A stretch of DNA of 64,000 nt, taken from positions 5,312,001 to 5,376,000 of the forward strand of contig CBDFKD010000002.1 of the NCBI GenBank assembly GCA_965248695.1, read 5' to 3'. Source of the stretch: Acidobacteriota bacterium. GTDB lineage: Bacteria > Acidobacteriota > UBA890 > WLXD01. Both the position numbers and the translations under genes were made by a program. Shown here one piece after another: positions 27,667 through 35,927 of the stretch (positions are counted from its first letter, which is position 1; each line of letters begins with the position of its first letter). The notes under the pieces were generated by a model. The model was not told the DNA's origin, searched no databases, and worked only from the letters and a program-made list of their open reading frames with translations.

Positions 27667-30440
27667 GCACCTATCCGCATCAGGAGATCGAGCAACGGTG
27701 GCGGGCGCGGTGGGAGGCCGACGGCCTGTATCGCGCCACGGTCGACTGGCAGAGACCGAAGCACTACGCCCTCACGATGCTGCCGTATCCGAGTGGAGAT
27801 CTGCACATCGGGCACTGGTACGCGATGGTGCCGTCGGACACCCGGGCTCGTTACATGCGCATGCGCGGCTACAACGTCATGTTCCCGATGGGCTTCGACG
27901 CCTTCGGGCTGCCGGCCGAGAACGCCGCGATCCAGCGCGGGATACATCCCTGGAAGTGGACCTACAACAACATCGAGAACATGCGCCGTCAGCTTCGCAG
28001 CATGGGTGCGATGTTCGACTGGGACCGCGAGGCGGTCAGCTGCACCCCGGAGTTCTATCGCTGGACGGAATGGTTCTTCAAGCAGCTCTATGACAACGGC
28101 CTGGCCTACCGGGCCGAGGCGCGCGTGAACTGGTCCGAGACCCTCCAAACGGTGCTGGCCAACGAGCAGGTGATCGACGGAAAAGACGAGCGCACGGGGC
28201 AGCCCGTGATCCAGAAGCTCATGTCGCAGTGGTTCCTGCGCATCCTCGACTACGCCGATGAGCTGCTGGATTTCGAGCAGCTGGATTGGCCGGACGCGGT
28301 AATCAAGGCGCAGACCAACTGGATAGGCCGCAGCATCGGTGCGCGGGTCACGTTCAACACGGAGCAGGGCAAGCCGATAGAGATCTTCACGACGCGGCCG
28401 GACACGCTGTGGGGCGCGACGTTCATGGTGCTGGCGCCAGAACACCCCCTGGTGTCGGAGATCACCGGCGAGGAGCAACGGTCCGATGTCGATGACTACG
28501 TTGTGGCGGCCGGTCGCGCGACCGAGATCGAGCGCAGCTCCGAAGGTCGCGAAAAGACGGGCGTGTTCACCGGCGGCTATGCATTGAACCCGGTCAACGC
28601 CGAGCGCATCCCGATCTGGATTGCGGACTACGTCATGCTCACCTATGGCACCGGCGCGATCATGGCGGTGCCGGCGCACGACCAACGCGACTTAGAATTC
28701 GCTCGCAAGTTCGGCATCGAGGTACGGCCGGTCATCCGGCCGGAGGCCGGCGGGCTAGACGGCGCGACGATGCCCGAAGCCTATGTAGGACCTGGCCTGA
28801 TGACCAACAGCGGCCCCATAGACGGCGTTGTCTGCAACGACGCGAAGGGTCTCGACAATCCGAGCATCGCAGCCACGATCAAGTGGTTGAACGAGCACAC
28901 CGCCGGTGAGGAGGCAGTGAACTACCGGCTGCGTGACTGGTTGATCTCCCGGCAGCGCTACTGGGGAGCGCCGATCCCGGCGATCAGGACATCGGCCGGT
29001 GGCTACGAGTCGGTGGCAGAGGGAGACCTTCCAGTGCTGCTGCCTGAAGACGTCGAGTTCATGCCCACGGGGCAGAGTCCGCTCAAGCAGCACCGGAAGT
29101 TCCTGGCGGCGCTCGATGCAACCGGAGCTCCCGCCGAACGTGAGACCGACACCATGGACACGTTCATGTGCTCCTCCTGGTACCAGTATCGGTACCTGAG
29201 CCCCGACTATGACGACGGTCCGTTCGACCCAGAGGAAGCCGCCTATTGGCTTCCTGTGGACGTCTATACCGGTGGGGCCGAGCACGCCACGCTGCACTTG
29301 CTGTACACGCGTTTCTTTACCAAGGCGATGCGCGATCTCGGCCTGTTCGACCGCACCGCGGAGATCATGCGCAGTCACGAGCGCAACCCCGACGCGATGT
29401 TCGATGAGCCCATGCTGCGATTGCGCAATCAGGGGCAGGTCCTCGGCGAGGAGCATCCTGGCGACAGGATCGCCGCGTTCGGCGAATGGGACGGCAAAGT
29501 CCTGCGGGCGACACGGTTACGTGTCCTGTCGGACGGCGAGGACGATGGGGAGGGAGATGTTGTCGGAGAGATCCTGAAGCGCACCGAGAACATCTTGACC
29601 GTGGCCGGCACCGACGCCACGCACGCGACCGTCGAGGTCGCCGACGACACCGAGATCGATATCCCGCACATCGCCGGTACCAACAGCGTCAACCAGTTGC
29701 ACCATCATCTCGAAGTCGAGCGCATGTCGAAGAGCAAGGGTAACGTCGTCAATCCCGACGATTGGGTGGTGCGCTACGGTACGGATTCGCTACGCGCCTA
29801 TCTCATGTTCGGCTTCGATTGGAAGAAGGGCGGCCCCTGGGACAGCAGCCGGATCCAGGGAGTCGTGCGATGGATCAATGACGTCTGGGACATCGCGACA
29901 AACGGTCCGGCAGAGGGCGCCGGCACCGCCGAGGGCGAGCTCGAGATCGAGCGCCGCCTCCATCAGACGGTCGAGCGCGTACAGTCCGGGCTCGAGAATT
30001 TCACCTTCAACACCGCGATCGCCGCCCTGATGGCGTTCCGCAACGACCTCCGGGGTGCGCTGCGTGAGAAGCGCATCGGCGCTGAGGCCTGGACCTCTGC
30101 TATCCATACGATGGTGCGGCTGATGGCGCCGTTCACGCCGCATGTAGCCGAGGAGCTGTGGGAACAGCTCGGCGAGGAATATAGCGTGCACCAGCAGGAG
30201 TGGCCGCGATTCGATCCGTCCAAGGCGGCGGAGGACACCGTCTCCCTGGTGGTTCTGGTGAATGGTAAAGTCCGAGATCATGTGGAGGTACCGGCCGGAC
30301 TGGGAGAGGAGGAGGCCAAGCGCCTCGGGCTGGCGACGGAGGGGGCACAGCGGTATCTCGACGGCAACAGCGAGCCAAGGCGGGTCATATTCATCGCGGC
30401 TCGCAAGGGCCAGGAGCCCAAGGTCAACATCGTCCTCTAG
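27663..30440 (+). CDS. leuS: leucyl-tRNA synthetase
   Basis: MLPYPSGDLHIGH, GFDAFGLPAENAA, TTRPDT, GTGAIMAVPAHDQRD, DWLISRQRYWG, RMSKSKGN, VNGKVRD. Confidence 0.96.
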   Translation: MSTYPHQEIEQRWRARWEADGLYRATVDWQRPKHYALTMLPYPSGDLHIGHWYAMVPSDTRARYMRMRGYNVMFPMGFDAFGLPAENAAIQRGIHPWKWTYNNIENMRRQLRSMGAMFDWDREAVSCTPEFYRWTEWFFKQLYDNGLAYRAEARVNWSETLQTVLANEQVIDGKDERTGQPVIQKLMSQWFLRILDYADELLDFEQLDWPDAVIKAQTNWIGRSIGARVTFNTEQGKPIEIFTTRPDTLWGATFMVLAPEHPLVSEITGEEQRSDVDDYVVAAGRATEIERSSEGREKTGVFTGGYALNPVNAERIPIWIADYVMLTYGTGAIMAVPAHDQRDLEFARKFGIEVRPVIRPEAGGLDGATMPEAYVGPGLMTNSGPIDGVVCNDAKGLDNPSIAATIKWLNEHTAGEEAVNYRLRDWLISRQRYWGAPIPAIRTSAGGYESVAEGDLPVLLPEDVEFMPTGQSPLKQHRKFLAALDATGAPAERETDTMDTFMCSSWYQYRYLSPDYDDGPFDPEEAAYWLPVDVYTGGAEHATLHLLYTRFFTKAMRDLGLFDRTAEIMRSHERNPDAMFDEPMLRLRNQGQVLGEEHPGDRIAAFGEWDGKVLRATRLRVLSDGEDDGEGDVVGEILKRTENILTVAGTDATHATVEVADDTEIDIPHIAGTNSVNQLHHHLEVERMSKSKGNVVNPDDWVVRYGTDSLRAYLMFGFDWKKGGPWDSSRIQGVVRWINDVWDIATNGPAEGAGTAEGELEIERRLHQTVERVQSGLENFTFNTAIAALMAFRNDLRGALREKRIGAEAWTSAIHTMVRLMAPFTPHVAEELWEQLGEEYSVHQQEWPRFDPSKAAEDTVSLVVLVNGKVRDHVEVPAGLGEEEAKRLGLATEGAQRYLDGNSEPRRVIFIAARKGQEPKVNIVL

Positions 30441-30715
30441 CAGGCCGTGGTGAAAGTGTGGTGGGTCTGGCGACGGGGTCTTGCGAGGCGCAGACAAGGA
30501 GAGAGGAGGAGGCAATGTTTACCCCATCGTTGACGACGAACGACGCAGGATACGCGCGCAACCCCCCGTCGCCCGAAGGGTTACGGCGATTTGGGGCCAT
30601 CTACGGCGTTGGCCTTCCTCAACGATGGCTAGGGCGTCGCTTGCGTCAGGCCGCCTTGCATCTGGCCCCAACTCGCCGTAACCAGACCCATCGCACTTTC
30701 ACCACGGTCTGCTAG
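30437..30715. mobile_element. 279-bp MITE-like element with 34-bp terminal inverted repeats (including CTAG) and two internal stem-loop modules
   Basis: 30437-30470 matches the reverse complement of 30682-30715 at 31/34 positions; no transposase; interrupts the leuS-lptE junction; a second partial copy is at 22447. Confidence 0.8.
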
Positions 30716-30804
30716 GGTTCGTTGACGGAGGTCGTTGCCAGTTGCTGCGATCGCCCGGAGGGCCGGGCCGAGATACAGGACACTTACGGCACAGGGTCAG
30801 CGAG

Positions 30805-31383
30805 ATGACGACACGACTGAATCGAGGTGTTGCGCCGGTCGCTCAGCGACGGCGTGTAGCTGCCCGATGGCTTGCCGCCAGGACGATGCTGGTGGTGGCG
30901 TTGGTGCCATGCGGAGCCTGCGGCTACACACTCGTCGGACAGGGTGCGTTTCTGCCCGACTACATCCGGGTCGTTGCCATTCCCACGTTCTCCAACTTGA
31001 CGCCGCGCTTCGAGCTCGAGACGCGGGTCACGGACGCCGTCACCCGAGAGTTCGTTTCGCGCGGCAACTACCGCATCGTCGGGAGCCCGGCGGGGGCAGA
31101 CGGAGTGCTGCAGGGTGAGATCCAAGCGTTCGAAGTCCGTCCGATCGGCCTCAATCCCCGGGATCGCGCCGACACCTGGCAGGTAACCGTACGCGCCCGC
31201 GTGACCTTCACCGATCTGGTCTCGAATCAAGTCTTGTTCACCAACAATGCCTTCCAGTACCAGGAGCAGTTCGAGTTCCCGCCATCATCGGAGGGGCAGG
31301 TCGACATCGAAGTCTCGTCGATCGACGAGATCTCGGTGGAGTTCGCCCGCGCCGTGGTGTCGAGCATTCTCGAGGGCTTCTGA
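30805..31383 (+). CDS. lptE: LptE-family LPS assembly lipoprotein
   Basis: lipobox-like CGACGY, LP..I..VAIPTFSN, LTD-like VTDAVTREF; leuS-lptE-holA synteny; start uncertain. Confidence 0.85.
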   Translation: MTTRLNRGVAPVAQRRRVAARWLAARTMLVVALVPCGACGYTLVGQGAFLPDYIRVVAIPTFSNLTPRFELETRVTDAVTREFVSRGNYRIVGSPAGADGVLQGEIQAFEVRPIGLNPRDRADTWQVTVRARVTFTDLVSNQVLFTNNAFQYQEQFEFPPSSEGQVDIEVSSIDEISVEFARAVVSSILEGF

Positions 31384-31397
31384 AGGCCAGTCCGGGG

Positions 31398-32453
31398 GTG
31401 GGCAAGAGCAAGCCGGCGACGATCCCGGAAGTACGCCGCTGTCTGAGCGAAGACCGCATCGCGCCGGCATACCTGGTTCTGGGCGAGGAGGCCGCCCTCC
31501 GCCGGCGCGTCTCGGAAGCCTTCACCGAAGCATTCGAGCGACGCGATGACGGCCCTGGGGCCATCGAGCGGATCGACGGTTCGAGCGCCTCGCTCGCCGA
31601 CGTGCTCGACGCAGCGCGCTCGCTGTCCTTGTTCGCGATGGTCGAGCAGGGTCCGGGCCGACTGGTCTGGGTATCCCGCTTCGATCAACTCGACCTGACC
31701 GAGATCAGCGACCTGGCGGCCTACCTGAGCGATCCCGTAGCCGCCACCTGCCTTGTTCTGGAGGCCTCGAAGCTCGACAAGCGCAAGTTGGCGTACAAAA
31801 CGATAGCGGCGGGGGCCACCGTGGTGGACTGCGAGCCGCCGCGTCGAGAGGGGGACGTCCGGCGCTGGCTCGAGGGCAGTGCGCGCGCCAGTGGGCACGA
31901 GATCGACGTCGATGCGCTCGAGTACATGATCACCATGGCCGGCACGAGCATAACGGCACTCGAGCAAGAGCTCGAGAAGGTGATGCTTTACGTCGGCCAG
32001 GGGGAACGCATCCGCGCCGACGATCTCGAGGGCTTACTTGGCCGCAGCCGCGAGCATTCCGTCTTCGAGCTCACCGACGCTCTGGTTCGTGCCGATCCGG
32101 CCGCCGCGCTCAGGGTGCTCAATATGCTCCTGGATGACGGGGAAGAACCCGTGAGGGTACTGGCGATGATCGCCTGGATCACGCGGCAGCTCGTGATCGC
32201 GCACGATGTCACGGCTTCCGGACGGTCGCGGCGCGAAAGCATGGAGTCCATTGGCGGGCGCTGGCAACAACGCGGTGCGGTGCTGGACAGGGCCCGCCGG
32301 GCGCAGCGCACCGAGCTGGCGGGCGCCATCTCCGCTTGTGCCGAGACCGACCTGTTTATCAAGCGGCTGCGAGACATGCGATCGGGCGCAGATCGACTCA
32401 GACCCGCCCGAGGGAAGCTGGAGGCCCTTTGCCGTCAGATCTGTGCCGCGTAG
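31398..32453 (+). CDS. holA: DNA polymerase III delta subunit
   Basis: YLVLGEE, SLSLF, KLDKRK, LEQELEKVMLY, SVFELTDAL; synteny. Confidence 0.9.
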   Translation: MGKSKPATIPEVRRCLSEDRIAPAYLVLGEEAALRRRVSEAFTEAFERRDDGPGAIERIDGSSASLADVLDAARSLSLFAMVEQGPGRLVWVSRFDQLDLTEISDLAAYLSDPVAATCLVLEASKLDKRKLAYKTIAAGATVVDCEPPRREGDVRRWLEGSARASGHEIDVDALEYMITMAGTSITALEQELEKVMLYVGQGERIRADDLEGLLGRSREHSVFELTDALVRADPAAALRVLNMLLDDGEEPVRVLAMIAWITRQLVIAHDVTASGRSRRESMESIGGRWQQRGAVLDRARRAQRTELAGAISACAETDLFIKRLRDMRSGADRLRPARGKLEALCRQICAA

Positions 32454-32491
32454 TCGCGCCGGCAGCGTCGAACGGTGTCCGGATGCGCGAT

Positions 32492-32758
32492 CTACGTGCT
32501 GACCGCGCGGACTCGCCGCGCCAGACGCGATTTCTTCCGCGCCGCGAGGTTGCGATGTATGACACCTCGCTGCGCATTGCGATCGAGCAGAGCTTGCGCC
32601 TGCATCCAGCAATCGCGGACGCGTTCGAGGTCGCCTGCTTCGATGGCCTCGTCGAGCAGACGCAACGCCGAGCGCAGCCGTGAACGACGTGCCCGGTTGC
32701 GACCCCTCCGGACTTCGTTCTGGCGCATGCGCTTCTTGGCAGATGCGATGTTCGGCAT
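32492..32758 (-). CDS. rpsT: 30S ribosomal protein S20
   Basis: MPNIASAKKRMRQ...RN, GVIHRNLAARKKSRL; AAGGAG SD. Confidence 0.95.
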   Translation of the reverse strand: MPNIASAKKRMRQNEVRRGRNRARRSRLRSALRLLDEAIEAGDLERVRDCWMQAQALLDRNAQRGVIHRNLAARKKSRLARRVRAVST

Positions 32759-32792
32759 TTTCGGAAAACTCCTTGAATCGGTCGCGTGAAGC

Positions 32793-34451
32793 ATGAAGGT
32801 TAGGACGCCCGAAGCCGAGGGTCAAACACCTTCCGGCGCGTCGGAAAGGGGCGCTCTGCTGCGCTCTGCCGGCGCTGTCGGCGCCTTGACTTTCGTTTCG
32901 CGCCTATTCGGTCTGCTGCGCATGGCGGTACTGACCGCATTGCTCGGGACGGGGACTGCGGCCGACGCCTGGGCGATCGCATTCATGTTGCCGAACTCGC
33001 TGCGGCGTCTGGTCGGCGAGGGCAACATCTCGGCCGCCTTCGTCCCGGTATTTACCCGTCTGGCGCGTGACCGCGACGAACCCAGCACCTGGGTGCTCGC
33101 ACAACGATTCCACACGGCGGTGGCAGTCGCCGCCTTGGGCCTAGCTGCTGCTGGGGTAATTGCGGCACCGATGCTGGTGCGTGGCTTCGCCTCCGGGTTT
33201 GCCGAAGTGGCCGGCAAGATTGAGCTCACGGTCCGACTCACACGGTTCGTGTTCGCGTATCTGGTCTTCATCTCGCTGGCAGCCGTCCTGGTGGCCGTTC
33301 TCAACGCTCGCGACCGCTTTGCCGCCGCCGCTTTCGCTCCGGTGTTGCTCAACGTCAGCATCGTCGGTGCGGGGCTGGCGGCTTGGTGGTCCGGCATCGT
33401 CGATCCTCAACGGGCAGTCTGGGTGGTCGCCGGCGCCGCCGTCCTGGGCGGTGCCGCGCAGTACGCCTTCCTGATCCCGTATGCCAGACGGTTGGGTATG
33501 CGGGTGTGGCCGCGTTGGCCGGCCGGCGACCCGGCGCTACCTCAGATTGGTCGCCTGATGATCCCTGGCCTCTTCGGCGTTGGGGTCATCCAAATAAATA
33601 TCATTGTCGGGCGGACGCTCGCGAGTCGGCTCAGCGAGGGGGCCGTGGCGTCGCTCGACTACGCTGCCCGCATCAACGAGCTCACGTTGGGTGTGTTCGC
33701 CATTTCCGTTGCGACCGTCGTATTGCCGCTCATGTCCCGCCAGGGGGCGGCGGGGGACATGACGGCGCTACGTAACACACTGGTGTTCGCGCTCCGACAG
33801 ATCAGCCTGGTGACCATACCTGCGGCTGTGGGCATGATCCTGCTGCGCCACGAGATTGTCAGCGTGCTCTACGAGCGCGGACAGTTTGATGCCGATTCCA
33901 CCCTACTGACCGGGGCGGCGCTCTGGGGCTACGCCGTCGGGTTGGTCTCGATTGCCGCCGTGCGGGTTGTGGCCCCGGCGTTCTTCGCACTCCGCGATAC
34001 GGCGACGCCGGTCCGGGCGGCAGCCGTCGCGATGCTGGTCAACATCGTGTTCTGTCTCGCCCTGAGGGAGCCGCTCGGCAATGCCGGCATAGCGCTCGCC
34101 AACTCGATAGCCGCAACGGTGAACTCGGCACTGCTGCTGCTTCTGTTTCGCCGACGGGCCGGTACCTTGGGCCTGCGTCGTCTCGCTCCCAGCATGCTGC
34201 GACTCGCCGCGTCGGCCGCGGTGATGGGCTGGGTCGTCGAAGCGCTGCGGCGGGTCTGGTGGCCGACCGGGGCGGGCAGCGCGGTGATCGAATTGACCCT
34301 GCTGCTCGCCATCATCGGCGTCGGCGTTCTGACCTACCTGGCCGCTCTGGCGGTCATGGGTGCTCCGGAGATCTGGGAGCTGCGCTTGATCACCAGGGGC
34401 GGGCTACCTGATACCCTCACCAGTGGTGGGGAGGCCCCCGGGGAGGACTAA
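32793..34451 (+). CDS. murJ: lipid II flippase MurJ
   Basis: SRLFGLLR, ADAW.IAF.LPN.LRRL.GEG, F.PVLLN, LYERGQF, FFALRDT.TP. Confidence 0.94.
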   Translation: MKVRTPEAEGQTPSGASERGALLRSAGAVGALTFVSRLFGLLRMAVLTALLGTGTAADAWAIAFMLPNSLRRLVGEGNISAAFVPVFTRLARDRDEPSTWVLAQRFHTAVAVAALGLAAAGVIAAPMLVRGFASGFAEVAGKIELTVRLTRFVFAYLVFISLAAVLVAVLNARDRFAAAAFAPVLLNVSIVGAGLAAWWSGIVDPQRAVWVVAGAAVLGGAAQYAFLIPYARRLGMRVWPRWPAGDPALPQIGRLMIPGLFGVGVIQINIIVGRTLASRLSEGAVASLDYAARINELTLGVFAISVATVVLPLMSRQGAAGDMTALRNTLVFALRQISLVTIPAAVGMILLRHEIVSVLYERGQFDADSTLLTGAALWGYAVGLVSIAAVRVVAPAFFALRDTATPVRAAAVAMLVNIVFCLALREPLGNAGIALANSIAATVNSALLLLLFRRRAGTLGLRRLAPSMLRLAASAAVMGWVVEALRRVWWPTGAGSAVIELTLLLAIIGVGVLTYLAALAVMGAPEIWELRLITRGGLPDTLTSGGEAPGED

Positions 34452-34534
34452 CGCAGATCCCTAGCGGTGGGGGAACAACGCATGTTCCGGTCGGGTGGGA
34501 CGGACTCATGTCCCGGGCTGAGCGCTGACTACTC

Positions 34535-35020
34535 GTGATCGCTGTCGTACAGCGGGTCCGTTCGGCTCACGTCGTGGTCGACGCCCAGGAGGTTGGCCGC
34601 ATTGGCCGCGGCCTCCTGGCGCTGGTCGGCGCGGTCCGAGGCGATAGCCAACACGATGTGGACTACCTCGCAGGGCGCCTCGCTTCCCTGCGTATCTTTC
34701 CCGACGATCGGGGCCGCATGAACCGGTCGTTGGAAGATGTCGCTGGTGCGGTGCTGGTGGTATCGCAGTTCACGCTGGCCGCCGAAACGGACAGTGGACG
34801 GCGACCGTCCTTCGGACGAACGCTGCCGCCGGATGCAGCACGGGCGCTGATTAGCGAGCTTGTACAACGCCTTCGCGCCGGTGGCACCGAGGTTCAGACC
34901 GGTGTTTTCGGGGCGGCAATGCAGGTGCACCAGGTCAACGATGGACCGGTCACCTTCATACTCGATTCCACCCGGCCGCCGGGCCGGAACGGGGAGCCAG
35001 GAGGGGGGCGCGATGACTGA
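34535..35020 (+). CDS. dtd: D-aminoacyl-tRNA deacylase
   Basis: AVVQRV, LRIF.D..G.MN.S, VSQFTL, GRRPSF, FGA.M.V...NDGPVT. Confidence 0.95.
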   Translation: MIAVVQRVRSAHVVVDAQEVGRIGRGLLALVGAVRGDSQHDVDYLAGRLASLRIFPDDRGRMNRSLEDVAGAVLVVSQFTLAAETDSGRRPSFGRTLPPDAARALISELVQRLRAGGTEVQTGVFGAAMQVHQVNDGPVTFILDSTRPPGRNGEPGGGRDD

Positions 35021-35927
35021 CGCCGGATCGACAGGCCTCGGCGGCTGGGAGCTCGACTACCTGGAACGACTCCGGGTCGAGCGCGGCCGTTCGCCACGAA
35101 CGGTGGAAGCGTACGCATCCGATCTCAGCCAGTTTGGCGACTGGTGCAAGAAACAGCGAATCGATGCCCTCTCCATCGACGTCCGTGCCTTGCGTGAGTG
35201 GCTAAGAGGTCTCGAGGCCAGTGGGGTGGGAGCGCGATCGCGGGCCCGGAAGCTGTCGGCACTACGAGGGCTGTATCGGCATCTGCTCGAGGCGGGACGC
35301 ATCGAGAGCGATCCGAGCGAGTTGCTGCGCGCGCGTGAACGCCGTCGCTCGCTGCCCCGCACCCTCGAGTCCACCGAGATTGAGTGTTTGTTGGCGCAGC
35401 CCCAGACGGAGACTCCCGCAGGGCTGCGCGACCGCGCCATGCTCGAGATCGCCTACGGATCCGGGTTGCGAGTATCGGAGCTCGTCGGTCTGCAGGTGGT
35501 TGATGTCGACCTCGAGGAGGGGGTGTTGCGCTGTCGAGGCAAGGGCGGCAAGGAGCGCCTGGTCCCCATCGGCGACGAGGCGGCTCACTGGTTGGGGCGC
35601 TATCTCGAGGAGGCGCGAGCGCGGTCTGCCCAAGCAGGGGCCAGCGGAGCGCTTTTCCTTACCCGACGCGGTGGGCCGCTGTCGAGGCAGTGGTTCGCCA
35701 AACTTTTGAAGCGCTACGCGGTCATGGCGGGAATCGCCGCGCAACGGGTCAGCCCGCACGTCCTGCGGCACAGCTTCGCTACCCATCTGCTCGAGGCAGA
35801 TGCCGATTTGCGCGCCGTGCAGGCGATGCTCGGACACGCCCGGATCTCGACCACCGAGGTCTACACGCATGTGAACCGGCGGCGCCTGCGGACCGTGTAC
35901 GACCGCCACCATCCCCGCGCACGATGA
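35013..35927 (+). CDS. xerD: site-specific tyrosine recombinase XerD
   Basis: RDRAMLE..YGSGLRVSEL, GKGGKERLVP, SPHVLRHSFATHLL, LGHARISTTEVY. Confidence 0.9.
   Translation: MTDAGSTGLGGWELDYLERLRVERGRSPRTVEAYASDLSQFGDWCKKQRIDALSIDVRALREWLRGLEASGVGARSRARKLSALRGLYRHLLEAGRIESDPSELLRARERRRSLPRTLESTEIECLLAQPQTETPAGLRDRAMLEIAYGSGLRVSELVGLQVVDVDLEEGVLRCRGKGGKERLVPIGDEAAHWLGRYLEEARARSAQAGASGALFLTRRGGPLSRQWFAKLLKRYAVMAGIAAQRVSPHVLRHSFATHLLEADADLRAVQAMLGHARISTTEVYTHVNRRRLRTVYDRHHPRAR

Noticed and set aside
34470-34518. Two small hairpins between murJ and dtd (GGAACA/TGTTCC and GGGAC/GTCCC)
   Set aside because: The stems are short, there is no U-tract, and there is no second copy in the window, which is too little to call a terminator or repeat.
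35013-35927. Tyrosine recombinase as a marker of an integrated element
   Set aside because: It has XerD-type sequence, overlaps housekeeping neighbours, and has no att repeats, cargo genes or GC shift.
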